Source: Escherichia coli
GTDB lineage: Bacteria > Pseudomonadota > Gammaproteobacteria > Enterobacterales > Enterobacteriaceae
DNA: 64,000 nucleotides
Assembly: GCF_024700885.2 (NCBI RefSeq)
Contig: NZ_CP117016.1
Direction: 5' to 3' (one strand)
The notes under the pieces were generated by a model that had not been told where the DNA came from, did not search any database, and saw only the letters and a list, made by a program, of their open reading frames with translations. Shown here piece after piece: positions 1 through 9,865 of the stretch; position 1 is the first letter of the stretch, and each line of letters starts with the position of its first letter. Both the position numbers and the translations under genes were made by a program.

Positions 1-223
1 CGCGAAATACCGGCGCGGAAATCATCGACTTACGCATAGGCGCAAAGTTAAATGGCACGAGGATAATGGCCAGAGGCACCAGTACCCACGCCGACCACAG
101 ACCAGCAACGCCGAGGGCGGCTGTCCAGGCGAGCAAAATCAGACTGCTGATAAATAAGCTCACGCGGTGATAGAACAACGCGCCGAGCAGGACAACCGTA
201 GCGAGAATACTCAAAATCATCAT
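1..223 (-). CDS. fadE: Acyl-CoA dehydrogenase FadE, N-terminal fragment; the gene continues beyond the window start
   Basis: Minus-strand translation from the ATG-ATG at 223 gives MMILSILATVVLLGALFYHRVSLF..., matching the N-terminal membrane anchor of FadE; position upstream of gmhA as in K-12. Confidence 0.75.
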   Translation of the reverse strand, partial: MMILSILATVVLLGALFYHRVSLFISSLILLAWTAALGVAGLWSAWVLVPLAIILVPFNFAPMRKSMISAPVFR

Positions 224-462
224 AACGAAAAGCCCCTTACTTGTAGGAGGTCTGACCACTTGTGATGATATGGTTGTAGTGGATGTAAAAACATTTAGCA
301 ATGTGTTTACAATATAATTACAACAAAGCTCACATTGTTGCTGTTTTTATCCGCACTTCAGGTCAAAAAGTCCTGGTCATAGCACCTGCCCGTACTTCTC
401 GCTTTTGGCGGTATCCGGTACACTGCATTTTGTCTATTACATTTATGCTGAAGGATATCCTC

Positions 463-1041
463 ATGTACCAGGATCTTATTCGTAACGAACTGAACGAAGC
501 GGCGGAAACGCTGGCTAACTTTTTAAAAGATGACGCCAATATTCACGCCATTCAGCGCGCGGCGGTCCTGTTAGCAGACAGCTTTAAAGCCGGTGGCAAA
601 GTGCTTTCCTGCGGCAACGGCGGCTCCCATTGCGACGCTATGCACTTTGCCGAAGAGTTGACCGGTCGCTACCGTGAAAACCGTCCGGGCTACCCGGCGA
701 TTGCCATTTCTGACGTTAGTCATATTTCCTGCGTCGGTAACGATTTTGGTTTCAATGATATTTTCTCCCGTTACGTTGAAGCGGTAGGTCGCGAAGGCGA
801 TGTACTGCTGGGGATCTCCACCTCCGGTAACTCTGCAAACGTGATCAAAGCGATCGCGGCGGCGCGTGAGAAGGGGATGAAAGTGATCACCCTGACCGGT
901 AAAGACGGCGGTAAAATGGCTGGCACAGCGGATATCGAAATTCGTGTTCCGCACTTTGGTTATGCCGACCGCATTCAGGAGATCCACATTAAAGTGATCC
1001 ATATCCTGATCCAGTTAATTGAAAAAGAGATGGTTAAGTAA
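463..1041 (+). CDS. gmhA: Phosphoheptose isomerase (sedoheptulose-7-phosphate isomerase), 192 aa; true start inside the longer track ORF
   Basis: ORF 301..1041 contains [17 protein letters not shown]... with a SIS domain ([16 protein letters not shown]); AAGGAT ribosome-binding site before ATG 463. Confidence 0.9.
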
Positions 1042-1049
1042 GGTCTTTT

Positions 1050-1090
1050 CTCCCTCTCCCTTTCAGGGAGAGGGCCGGGGTGAGGGTAAC
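1050..1090. repeat. GC-rich repetitive extragenic element with a 9-bp perfect hairpin (CCCTCTCCC / GGGAGAGGG) followed by GGGGTGAGGG; likely gmhA terminator or REP-like element
   Basis: Inverted repeat read directly; a near-copy of the motif GGGAGAGGG-N-GGGTGAGGG recurs at 10889-10930. Confidence 0.6.
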
Positions 1091-1162
1091 AGCCTGAACC
1101 TTTGTACTTTTTAATCAATCTTCGCCGGGGGCCATGTGCTCCCGCTGTTGTGGAGGTTACCC

Positions 1163-1930
1163 ATGTGCGAATTGCTCGGGATGAGCGCCAACGTCCCTAC
1201 CGATATCTGCTTTAGTTTCACCGGGCTTGTACAGCGTGGTGGTGGAACCGGGCCACATAAAGATGGCTGGGGCATCACCTTTTACGAAGGTAAAGGCTGT
1301 CGCACATTTAAAGATCCACAACCCAGCTTTAATTCCCCCATCGCCAAACTTGTCCAGGACTACCCGATAAAATCCTGTTCGGTGGTGGCTCATATTCGCC
1401 AGGCGAATCGGGGCGAGGTGGCGCTGGAAAATACTCACCCGTTTACCCGCGAGTTATGGGGGCGTAACTGGACTTATGCCCATAATGGGCAACTGACGGG
1501 CTATAAATCACTGGAAACCGGCAACTTCCGCCCGGTCGGTGAAACCGACAGCGAAAAAGCCTTCTGCTGGCTCCTGCATAAATTAACGCAGCGTTACCCG
1601 CGCACACCGGGCAACATGGCGGCAGTGTTTAAATATATCGCCTCACTGGCGGATGAACTGCGGCAGAAGGGCGTTTTCAACATGCTGCTTTCTGACGGGC
1701 GCTATGTAATGGCGTATTGCTCGACTAATTTACACTGGATCACCCGCCGCGCGCCGTTTGGCGTGGCAACGTTGCTGGATCAGGATGTGGAAATCGACTT
1801 CAGCTCGCAGACCACACCGAATGATGTGGTCACGGTGATTGCGACACAGCCGCTGACGGGCAATGAAACCTGGCAAAAGATTATGCCAGGCGAATGGCGC
1901 TTATTTTGCCTCGGGGAGCGTGTAGTTTGA
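1163..1930 (+). CDS. yafJ: Class II glutamine amidotransferase YafJ
   Basis: [12 protein letters not shown]... N-terminal Cys-1 Gn-AT motif; GGAGG ribosome-binding site; K-12 synteny. Confidence 0.85.
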   Translation: MCELLGMSANVPTDICFSFTGLVQRGGGTGPHKDGWGITFYEGKGCRTFKDPQPSFNSPIAKLVQDYPIKSCSVVAHIRQANRGEVALENTHPFTRELWGRNWTYAHNGQLTGYKSLETGNFRPVGETDSEKAFCWLLHKLTQRYPRTPGNMAAVFKYIASLADELRQKGVFNMLLSDGRYVMAYCSTNLHWITRRAPFGVATLLDQDVEIDFSSQTTPNDVVTVIATQPLTGNETWQKIMPGEWRLFCLGERVV

Positions 1931-2641
1931 TGCCAGCTGTGGCTGCACAACTTCGTGGCTTAACGGCTTGCTGACCACGTAACGACCATTGACCACAGAA
2001 ACGGTCGGTGGCTTACGGGTTTGCTCAAAGTAGTCGTAACCCGGCTTCAGCTGCTCCCAGAAGTCCTTAAAGTTGGAATATTTATGGCGCTTCATATTGG
2101 CGTCGGTCATGCGGAACGGGTAAATACTCACTTGCACGCTCGGCTGACCAAAAACCAGCGCACCAGTAACGAACTGGAAGATCTCATCAATACCCTGATT
2201 GGTCATCGCGTAGCAGCCGATGGAAACACAATCGCCGTGGATCATCAGATATTTCCCTTCATAACCATGCGCACGGTCATAGGCATTGGGGAATCCAATA
2301 TTAATCGCCTTGTAGTAACGGCTGTCTGGTTTTAACTGATTACGCTGGACGCTATAAAACCCTTCCGGGCTTTTGAAATCGCCCTGACGCTGTTTTGGCC
2401 CCAAGCCGCCGGAATATTTACAGATTTTATAGCTGTCGAGCAGTTGATATTGCTCGCCCATTTTGACGTAGAGATCGAGCGTACGTTCTTCCTTGAAGAT
2501 CTGGATGTAGACAGGGGATCCCATCAACTGCTGCTTATACTCTTTGCTCACTGGCGTGGTCGAGCTACTGCTGCCCAGCAAACCGGCAAACGAAACGCAC
2601 GGGATCAACAACATCGCAAGAATTAATGCGATTTTACGCAT
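1901..2641 (-). CDS. yafK: L,D-transpeptidase-like periplasmic protein YafK
   Basis: Signal peptide [19 protein letters not shown]; YkuD-like HGxxxxSxGC motif ([14 protein letters not shown]). Confidence 0.85.
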   Translation of the reverse strand: MRKIALILAMLLIPCVSFAGLLGSSSSTTPVSKEYKQQLMGSPVYIQIFKEERTLDLYVKMGEQYQLLDSYKICKYSGGLGPKQRQGDFKSPEGFYSVQRNQLKPDSRYYKAINIGFPNAYDRAHGYEGKYLMIHGDCVSIGCYAMTNQGIDEIFQFVTGALVFGQPSVQVSIYPFRMTDANMKRHKYSNFKDFWEQLKPGYDYFEQTRKPPTVSVVNGRYVVSKPLSHEVVQPQLASNYTLPEAK

Positions 2642-2932
2642 ACTGCTTATTCCTTGATAAAACGGTTACACACGCCAGGACGGCAAAATAGATCCCAAAT
2701 CGGAATAGTCTGGATTTGGAAGGCTCACATTATCACCAAAAGAGTTTTACGCAAGCCTGTCGGCGCAGGGTTTACAAATTTAGCACAGGGGCAGTTTTCA
2801 ATAGTCCGAAAAGCGCATGTATCATTTATTTCCTAAGATTATGAAACCTCAATAGTAATATGCAAATAAGCAATTAATAATCCCGTTTACTCCTCCGGTC
2901 TTTTAAAATTCTCACCTTCATTCAGCCGGTTT

Positions 2933-3691
2933 ATGTCCTTCATGTCTTCGTTCTTGCTCGGCAGATTTCTGCATCCAGGCGTGTTTTCGTTATGCGTTTT
3001 GCTCCCTTTACTCGCCAGCGCCACCACATCACATATCTCATTCAGCTACGCCGCCCGCCAGCGGATGCAAAACCGTGCGCGTTTATTAAAACAGTACCAA
3101 ACCCATCTGAAAAAACAGGCCAGCTATATTGTGGAAGGCAATGCCGAAAGCAGAAAGGCGCTGCGCCAGCACAACCGCGAACAGATAAAACAGCATCCAG
3201 AATGGTTTCCTGCGCCGCTCAAGGCAAGTGACAGACGCTGGCAGGCGCTGGCGGAGAACAACCATTTCTTAAGCAGCGACCATCTACACAACATCACCGA
3301 AGTGGCGATTCACCGCCTGGAGCAGCAGCTTGGCAAGCCTTACGTCTGGGGCGGCACGCGGCCCGATCAAGGCTTCGACTGTAGCGGGTTGGTTTTTTAT
3401 GCCTACAACAAGATCCTCGAGGCGAAGCTCCCGCGCACGGCCAATGAGATGTATCACTACCATCGGGCAACGATTGTGGCGAACAACGACCTGCGCCGGG
3501 GAGATTTGCTGTTTTTCCATATTCACAGCCGTGAAATTGCCGACCATATGGGCGTGTATCTGGGAGACGGTCAGTTTATCGAGTCGCCGCGCACGGGGGA
3601 AACCATTCGGGTAAGTCGGTTAGCTGAACCTTTCTGGCAGGATCATTTTTTAGGCGCGCGGCGGATTTTGACGGAGGAGACGATTTTGTAA
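2933..3691 (+). CDS. yafL: NlpC/P60 family peptidoglycan endopeptidase YafL (alternative start at 2942)
   Basis: NlpC/P60 catalytic region YVWGGTRPDQGFDCSGLVFYAY...H...H; signal-like N-terminus. Confidence 0.8.
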   Translation: MSFMSSFLLGRFLHPGVFSLCVLLPLLASATTSHISFSYAARQRMQNRARLLKQYQTHLKKQASYIVEGNAESRKALRQHNREQIKQHPEWFPAPLKASDRRWQALAENNHFLSSDHLHNITEVAIHRLEQQLGKPYVWGGTRPDQGFDCSGLVFYAYNKILEAKLPRTANEMYHYHRATIVANNDLRRGDLLFFHIHSREIADHMGVYLGDGQFIESPRTGETIRVSRLAEPFWQDHFLGARRILTEETIL

Positions 3692-3718
3692 ATGGGTAAT
3701 ATTGACGAACTGGCAAAA

Positions 3719-3744
3719 GGTCGGATGCCACGCGGCATCCGACC
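3719..3744. repeat. Perfect 11-bp-stem palindrome GGTCGGATGCC-acgc-GGCATCCGACC between the convergent yafL and hicB-like genes; REP-like or bidirectional terminator
   Basis: Inverted repeat read directly; no clear U-tract. Confidence 0.5.
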
Positions 3745-3747
3745 TGT

Positions 3748-4104
3748 TTACATCTGGGCTGAAAACTCACGTTCTAAGACATCAACAATGAGCTGGTTTT
3801 TTGAAATGGAATGTTGTCTGGCGACGATGGTCAGCCGCGAATCAATGTGATGAGGAACACGAAGCGTCAGGCGTTTTTGCTCTTCTTCTTCACGAAAAGG
3901 GGCAATACCGTCCTCTTCACAATCCGCCATCCACTCATCCAGCGCGCTTTCGCCTTCACGATATAATGCCTCAATACTTGTGGCTACAAAGTCACAATAA
4001 CCGTTTACATTGAGGAACTTGCCGCGAAATGCGTTGATATCGGCTTCAAATGTCACTGCGGCTGGTTGACCTTTAATTGTGATAATGTTCGATGCTTTAT
4101 TCAT
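3748..4104 (-). CDS. HicB-family antitoxin-like protein (N-terminal HicB fold plus C-terminal ribbon-helix-helix)
   Basis: 118 aa; C-terminus RLTLRVPHHIDSRLTIVARQHSISKNQLIVDVLERE is CopG/RHH-like; overlaps the upstream hicA-like gene by 8 nt. Confidence 0.6.
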   Translation of the reverse strand: MNKASNIITIKGQPAAVTFEADINAFRGKFLNVNGYCDFVATSIEALYREGESALDEWMADCEEDGIAPFREEEEQKRLTLRVPHHIDSRLTIVARQHSISKNQLIVDVLEREFSAQM

Positions 4105-4396
4105 AATCTACCCCTACACAGTTAACAAACCACTCCTTAAGACCTGCTACTGCGCCTTTATCCATCACATTCTTTGGATGTGGCTCATGTGTGCTGAATT
4201 TGGTCGTTCCAATCTGAAATTTTCGTCTGGAGCCGTTGTTATTTTTTATTGTTCCACCCACAGCTTTAATGAGTGCAACAACATCATCCCATTTAATTCC
4301 AGATTTTGGCGGCTCCGTCATTACATCGTCGAATGTTTTTCTATGACGAGAGCCTAGCGCGCTGACCTTAATCATACTATCAATCCATGACGTCAT
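4097..4396 (-). CDS. HicA/YcfA-family mRNA interferase toxin-like protein (start uncertain)
   Basis: 99 aa; ...KWDDVVALIKAVGG...THEPHPKNVMDKGAVAGLKEWF resembles the HicA double-stranded-RNA-binding-like fold; operon order toxin then antitoxin, as in hicAB. Confidence 0.55.
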   Translation of the reverse strand: MTSWIDSMIKVSALGSRHRKTFDDVMTEPPKSGIKWDDVVALIKAVGGTIKNNNGSRRKFQIGTTKFSTHEPHPKNVMDKGAVAGLKEWFVNCVGVDYE

Positions 4397-4479
4397 TGTA
4401 TGGTGTCATCGTAGTCTCTTTGCAGTGTGACGTCAATTAATGGTGTCAGGTGCTGCAAAGCATGGAAAAGATTCCTCAA

Positions 4480-6573
4480 TCAACTCAACGCCCCCATAAT
4501 CTTCAACTCCAGCTCATCCGGCACTTCGTTATACGACAGCACATGCAGCCCCGGCGCAAACAATCTCGCATAGCGCGCCAGCAAAGGACGCAACTGCGGC
4601 GGCACCAGCAGCACCGGGTCTTTCCCCGCCGCTTTCATCTGCTCCTTCACCTGCGGCATCGTGATCTGAAACTGGTTGAGCATATTCGGGTCAACCGGTA
4701 CGCTGTCGAGCATCACTTTCCCGCCCTGTTGCGCCTGATTCACCACGTTGGTCAGCAGATTTTCCAGCTCATTATTCAGCGTATACACCGTCAGCTCCTG
4801 CTTGCGAACGAGCGGATGGGTAATGCTGCGCCGTAGCGCCAGGCGCACATCAGCTGCCAGCAGAATATGATCTTTGGTCACTGTGCTACTGGCGACCAGC
4901 ACGGTGGCGATGGTGACGATATCGCGCAGGGAAACGCCTTCAGTCAGTAGCGCCCGGTACACTTTCAGCAACTGGCTGTAATTGAGCGCCGCGCTCAAAT
5001 CTTCCGCCAGTCGCGGTGCCATCGACGACAAACGGTTATGCAGCTGAGTAATATCGTCATAGTTAAACAAATCAGGAATATAGCTGCGGACAATCTTGTT
5101 CACATGGGTGGCAATCACGCTGGCGCTGTCGATCACCTGATACCCCATATTCAGCGCCTTCGCTTTCTGCGCAGGCTGAATCCAGGTGACCGGCATCCCG
5201 TACGCCGGGTCGTTCCCCAATACGCCGTCTATCTCGCCGTAGGTTTCGCTGGAGGGCAGGGCCATCAGTTTATCCGCCGGAATATCCGCTTCATCAGCCT
5301 TAATGCCGTTGATGAAAATGGCGTACTGGCTGGGCTTGAGGCGGAAATTTTCCCGAATGCGGATCTCCGGCAGCAGCACGCCGTTGCCGTCGGAAATCAC
5401 CTGCCGCACGCCGCGAATCCGCTGGGTGAGCGGGTTACCTTGGGCTTTATCGACCAGCGCCACCAGCTTGTAGCCGAGGCTTAAGCTGATGGGCTCGATC
5501 AGCGGAATGGTTTCCCAACTGACCTGTTGCTCGCTGGTTTCAGTGATAGTGCGGGTCAGCGTTTCGAGACTTTTCTCTTCTGCCTCCGCCGCCTGCGGGC
5601 GTTTGCTCATCCGCCAGCCGGTAAAGCCAAGCAGGGCGCTGAACAGCAAAAACGGCAGATGCGGCATTCCCGGCACCACCGCCAGTACGAACATGATCCC
5701 GGTGGCGGTGTAGAGCACCGACGGGCTTGCCAGCAGCTGGTGGCGCACGTCATGGGCGATATCGCCGTTGTCGCTGACGCGGGTGACGATAATCGCCGCC
5801 GCGGTGGAAAGCAGCAGGGAAGGGATCTGCGCCACCAGGCCGTCGCCGATGGTCATCAGCACATATTGCTGGAAGGCGGCGTCGGCGCTCAGGTTGTATT
5901 TGAAGATCCCGATACAGACGCCGCCGATCAGGTTGATCGCCAGAATCATCATCCCGGCTATGGCATCCCCACGCACAAACTTCGATGCCCCGTCCATCGC
6001 GCCGTAGAAATCGGCCTCGCTGGCAACATCTTTACGCCGTGTTTGCGCCTGCGCCTGGTTGATCAACCCGGCGTTAAGATCGGCGTCAATCGCCATCTGT
6101 TTGCCGGGCATCGCGTCCAGGGTAAAGCGGGCGGAAACCTCGGAAATACGCTCGGCCCCTTTGGTGACGACGATAAAGTTGATGATCATCAGGATGATAA
6201 ACACCACGAAACCGACGACAAAGTTGCCGCCAATCACCACCTGACCAAATGACTCAATCACCTTACCTGCTGCGCCCGCGCCGAGATGCCCGTGCAGTAG
6301 CACCACGCGCGTAGAAGCAACGTTCAGCGTCAGGCGCATTAAGGTGGTGATCAGCAAAATGGTCGGGAACAGGCTGAATTCCAGCGGCCTTTTCGCCGAC
6401 ACCGCCACCAGCAGCACCATCACCGCCAGCACAATGTTGAAGGTGAACAGAATATCCAGCAGCGCAGGCGGCAGCGGCAAAATAACCATCGCCAGAATAC
6501 ACAGGATCACCAGCGGCACGCCGGGATTACCGCCGCGCAGTAGCGCGAGGAACGATTTAGTTGTTTTCGCCAT
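4480..6573 (-). CDS. lfhA: Flag-2 (lateral flagellar) export apparatus protein FlhA homolog, intact 697 aa
   Basis: FlhA/type III secretion inner-membrane family with N-terminal TM domain plus cytoplasmic domain; K-12 carries only a fragment here (fhiA). Confidence 0.85.
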   Translation of the reverse strand: MAKTTKSFLALLRGGNPGVPLVILCILAMVILPLPPALLDILFTFNIVLAVMVLLVAVSAKRPLEFSLFPTILLITTLMRLTLNVASTRVVLLHGHLGAGAAGKVIESFGQVVIGGNFVVGFVVFIILMIINFIVVTKGAERISEVSARFTLDAMPGKQMAIDADLNAGLINQAQAQTRRKDVASEADFYGAMDGASKFVRGDAIAGMMILAINLIGGVCIGIFKYNLSADAAFQQYVLMTIGDGLVAQIPSLLLSTAAAIIVTRVSDNGDIAHDVRHQLLASPSVLYTATGIMFVLAVVPGMPHLPFLLFSALLGFTGWRMSKRPQAAEAEEKSLETLTRTITETSEQQVSWETIPLIEPISLSLGYKLVALVDKAQGNPLTQRIRGVRQVISDGNGVLLPEIRIRENFRLKPSQYAIFINGIKADEADIPADKLMALPSSETYGEIDGVLGNDPAYGMPVTWIQPAQKAKALNMGYQVIDSASVIATHVNKIVRSYIPDLFNYDDITQLHNRLSSMAPRLAEDLSAALNYSQLLKVYRALLTEGVSLRDIVTIATVLVASSTVTKDHILLAADVRLALRRSITHPLVRKQELTVYTLNNELENLLTNVVNQAQQGGKVMLDSVPVDPNMLNQFQITMPQVKEQMKAAGKDPVLLVPPQLRPLLARYARLFAPGLHVLSYNEVPDELELKIMGALS

Positions 6574-7696
6574 CCAGTTTAAGCACCTCTTTGGGAATGG
6601 AAATATGTCTGTTCAGGGCCGGGCGCGGCTGTGCGCCGTCGCGCCAGTGTTTCATTTGCAGGACGTAGGTCAGAACGTGGGCGATGGCCCGGTAAAGCTG
6701 AAACGGAATTTGCTGGTTCACCTGGGTGGTGTAGTAAACCGAGCGCGCCAGCCGCGGGAACTCGACCACTTCCACCTGATTCTCAGCAGCGACCTGACGA
6801 ATATAGAGGGCGATTTCATCGGTGCCTTTCGCCACCACAAACGGCGCGGCGGCGCGCGACTGGTCGTACTGCAACGCTACGGCGTAGTGGGTCGGGTTGG
6901 TGATCACCACGTTGGCTTTTGGCACCACTTTGCGGATTTGCCCCATCGCCAGCTGCCGTTGCAGCCGCCGCACGCGTGCCTTCACTTCCGGCTTGCCTTC
7001 CTGATTTTTGTACTCTTCTTTCAGCTCCTGCTTGGTCATCTTCAGTCCTTTGGTGAACAGGGCTTTCGCCAGCGGCACGTCGATTAACGCAAAGAAGATA
7101 AACAGGATGACAAAGTTGCGCATCACGCTGGCGTAGAGCGATAAACCGTCATTCATCGCCAGTTTGAACGGTAGTGCCTGCAGGCCGAGAAAGGCGGCAA
7201 AGTTATTGCGCAGGCTTACCCACAGCATCACCAGCACCACCACCGACTTCACCGTCATCTTTCCCGTTTCCGCCAGATGTTCGCTGGAAAACAGTCGCCC
7301 AATGCCTTTTAACGGGCTGATTTTGCTGAAATCCGGGAGGATTTTTTTCGGCAGAAACAGCCAGCCGCCGGGCACCAGCGAAGAGAGCAGCGCGGCGGCG
7401 GGCATCGGTAGCAAGGTAAGAATAAACTTGCCGAGAATTAACAGGTGATGGCGCAGAAACTGGCCGAGCACCTGCGGGTTATTAATCTCCTGCGCATACT
7501 GATGCACGCTGATAAAACTCTCGCGTACAAAATCGGCGTACCACGGAAAACTGCTGGAGATCACCACAAACGCCGCAAACAGGCTCGCCGCTAGCCCCAT
7601 ATCCTTCGAGCGCGGCAGTTGCCCCTCTTCACGCGCTTTACGCAGCTTTTGCGCCGAGGGTTTCTCTGTTTTTTCTTCGCTGCTGCTATCCGCCAT
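6557..7696 (-). CDS. lfhB: Flag-2 export apparatus protein FlhB homolog
   Basis: 379 aa; FlhB family with the NPTH autocleavage motif (VITNPTHYAVAL); overlaps lfhA by 17 nt. Confidence 0.85.
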   Translation of the reverse strand: MADSSSEEKTEKPSAQKLRKAREEGQLPRSKDMGLAASLFAAFVVISSSFPWYADFVRESFISVHQYAQEINNPQVLGQFLRHHLLILGKFILTLLPMPAAALLSSLVPGGWLFLPKKILPDFSKISPLKGIGRLFSSEHLAETGKMTVKSVVVLVMLWVSLRNNFAAFLGLQALPFKLAMNDGLSLYASVMRNFVILFIFFALIDVPLAKALFTKGLKMTKQELKEEYKNQEGKPEVKARVRRLQRQLAMGQIRKVVPKANVVITNPTHYAVALQYDQSRAAAPFVVAKGTDEIALYIRQVAAENQVEVVEFPRLARSVYYTTQVNQQIPFQLYRAIAHVLTYVLQMKHWRDGAQPRPALNRHISIPKEVLKLDGENN

Positions 7697-8468
7697 AGTG
7701 ACCTTTCAGCGCGTCGAGTTGCTGCAACACAAAATTCGCCAGATGCAGATAGTGATCCGGCAGGTTGTAGAGCAGGGTGGCGAAGCAGACCAGCCCCGCC
7801 AGCATGTTGATGGGAAAGCCGAGCGAAAAGAGGTTCAGCGGCGGCGCGATGCGGTTGAGCAGGCCAAAGCAGCCCTGCACAATCAGCATGATAAAGGTGG
7901 TCGGCAGCGCCAGCAGCGATGCGGACGCCAGCACCCAGCTAAAGGCCAGTGCGATGGTGCGCAGGGGTTGCGGATGCAGCGCGTTGCCAATCGGCCAGTA
8001 GGTGAAGCCCTTATACAAAACACTCACCAGCAACAGATGCCCGTCCATGGCAAAAAACAGCAGGATTGCGTAGACGTTGATTAACTCCGCCAGCACGGTG
8101 GTCGATGCGCCGCTGCTCGGGTCGTTCATCACCGCCATGCTCATCCCCATATTGAACGAGAGAATTTGCCCGGCCAGTTGCAGCGCCAGAAACAGAAACT
8201 GAAACATCAGCCCGAACAACATGCCCCATAATATTTGCTCCACCGTCAGGATCAGGCTGTTGAGCGATAGCAGGTCGTGGGGAATGGGATGGGGGATCAA
8301 CGGCGTGATGATGATTGCCAGCGCCAGCGACAAAATGATCCGCACACGCACGGTCAGGGCGCTGTTATCCAGCACCGGCACATAGCGCAGAAACGCCATA
8401 ATGCGCACGAAGGGAAACCACAGCCCCATCGCCAGATCCATCAGTTGCGTAACGTCGCTTGTACGCAT
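7686..8468 (-). CDS. lfiR: Flag-2 FliR homolog (start taken at MRTSDV...)
   Basis: Polytopic membrane protein of FliR size immediately downstream of the fliQ homolog. Confidence 0.75.
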   Translation of the reverse strand: MRTSDVTQLMDLAMGLWFPFVRIMAFLRYVPVLDNSALTVRVRIILSLALAIIITPLIPHPIPHDLLSLNSLILTVEQILWGMLFGLMFQFLFLALQLAGQILSFNMGMSMAVMNDPSSGASTTVLAELINVYAILLFFAMDGHLLLVSVLYKGFTYWPIGNALHPQPLRTIALAFSWVLASASLLALPTTFIMLIVQGCFGLLNRIAPPLNLFSLGFPINMLAGLVCFATLLYNLPDHYLHLANFVLQQLDALKGHYGG

Positions 8469-8469
8469 C

Positions 8470-8742
8470 TTAATGCACCAGCAACGCGGCCTGGGTAAAC
8501 AGATGAATACACAGATCATGCAACTGGATAATCATCCATTTGCCGCACACGCCCAGCACCACCAGCGTGACAATCAGCCTCGGCAAAAAACTCAGGGTCT
8601 GTTCGTTAATCTGCGTCACCGCCTGGAACACGCTCACCAGCAGGCCAACCAGCAGGCTCGGCACTACCAGCACGGAAACCAGCAAAATCACCACTTTTAT
8701 GCCGCTCGCGACAATGTCGGCGGCTACGTCTACGGTCAACAT
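8470..8742 (-). CDS. lfiQ: Flag-2 FliQ homolog, 90 aa
   Basis: FliQ signature ...QAVTQINEQTLSF.PRLIV... Confidence 0.8.
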   Translation of the reverse strand: MLTVDVAADIVASGIKVVILLVSVLVVPSLLVGLLVSVFQAVTQINEQTLSFLPRLIVTLVVLGVCGKWMIIQLHDLCIHLFTQAALLVH

Positions 8743-8744
8743 AA

Positions 8745-9497
8745 TCAGCCCAGCCCCAGCCCGCGAATGCTGGTGGTGAGCGTACCGATTGTCAGCGACC
8801 AGCCGTCGATCAGCACAAACAGCATCAGTTTAAAGGGCAGCGAAACAATCAGCGGCGACAGCATCATCATCCCCATCGCCATCAATACGCTGGCGACAAT
8901 CAGGTCGATAACCAGAAACGGGATGTAAATCATAAAGCCAATCTGGAAGGCGGTTTTCAGCTCGCTCAACACATAGGCAGGCACCACGATGGAGAGATCC
9001 TGATCGGCGGCATTGCCCTTCGCGCCGCCGATGGTCATGATTTGCGCCATCGCTTTTTTGTCGGTCTGCGCCAGCATAAAGCGTTTGAGCGGCGTCGCGG
9101 CGGTGCTTAATGCATCGGTCAGGGTAATCTGATCGTTTTCGAACGGCACTACCGCGTGGTCGTAAATATTGAGCCAGATAGGGCGCATCACCAGCATAGT
9201 GAGTGAGAGCGCAATACCAATCAAAATGCGGTTTGGCGGCGTTTGTTGCAGCCCCAGCGCCTGGCGCAGCAGCGACAGCACGATAATAAAGCGCGTAAAG
9301 CAGGTCATCATCAGCACCATCGTCGGCAGCAAACCGACGAGGGTCATCAGAATCAGTACCTGAATTTTGACGCTGTACTCCTGAGTGTTGCCGTGGGTGA
9401 CCACGTTAAGCAGCGCAATATCGCCACCCTGGGCTAACGCCAGCGGCGCAAGCGCCAGCAGCCCAAGGCCCAGCGTCAGTTGAGTGCGGCGTTTCAT
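8745..9497 (-). CDS. lfiP: Flag-2 FliP homolog
   Basis: 250 aa; signal peptide plus FliP family membrane topology; position in the fliPQR set. Confidence 0.8.
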   Translation of the reverse strand: MKRRTQLTLGLGLLALAPLALAQGGDIALLNVVTHGNTQEYSVKIQVLILMTLVGLLPTMVLMMTCFTRFIIVLSLLRQALGLQQTPPNRILIGIALSLTMLVMRPIWLNIYDHAVVPFENDQITLTDALSTAATPLKRFMLAQTDKKAMAQIMTIGGAKGNAADQDLSIVVPAYVLSELKTAFQIGFMIYIPFLVIDLIVASVLMAMGMMMLSPLIVSLPFKLMLFVLIDGWSLTIGTLTTSIRGLGLG

Positions 9498-9865
9498 GGT
9501 GCCAGGTCGTTGATATCGCGGGTGTTAAACTCCAGCACGCGCAGGCCGTACTTCTCGTTGACCACCACCACTTCTGCTTTGCCCAACAGGATATTGTTTA
9601 CTTTAATATCCAGCGGCTCCCCGGCGAGCTTATCCAGCTCAATCACCGTGTCGTCGTCGATGTTAAGGAGGTCGGCTAACATGATCTCTACTGATGACAC
9701 TTCCAGCGTTAAGGTCACCGGAATGCGTTTTAGCAGCGTCATCGAGTCGGAAAAACGGTCTTCCAGGCGGGTGACCAGCGTTTCAGCGTCGGCAGATTTC
9801 GCGACAGGCGCAACTTCATCGGTGAGGCCAAAATCCCCGGCTAAAATATCTTCTTGCTTACTCAT
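9494..9865 (-). CDS. lfiN: Flag-2 FliN-like switch protein (start at MSKQEDIL)
   Basis: C-terminal SpoA/FliN domain (VTLTLEVSSVEIMLADLLNI...ELDKLAGEPLDIKVNNILLGKAEVVVV). Confidence 0.75.
   Translation of the reverse strand: MSKQEDILAGDFGLTDEVAPVAKSADAETLVTRLEDRFSDSMTLLKRIPVTLTLEVSSVEIMLADLLNIDDDTVIELDKLAGEPLDIKVNNILLGKAEVVVVNEKYGLRVLEFNTRDINDLAP

Noticed and set aside
2654-2836. 60-aa ORF in the yafK-yafL intergenic region (where K-12 has yafQ-dinJ)
   Set aside because: No similarity to DinJ or YafQ, no ribosome-binding site, and it overlaps the likely yafK promoter; judged non-coding
5527-6252. 241-aa plus-strand ORF (and several others, 5038..5484, 6344..7087, 7698..8084, 8401..8928) inside the Flag-2 genes
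   Set aside because: Antisense to well-supported high-GC coding genes (lfhA, lfhB, lfiR, lfiP); His/Arg/Gln-rich low-complexity translations typical of spurious GC-rich antisense ORFs
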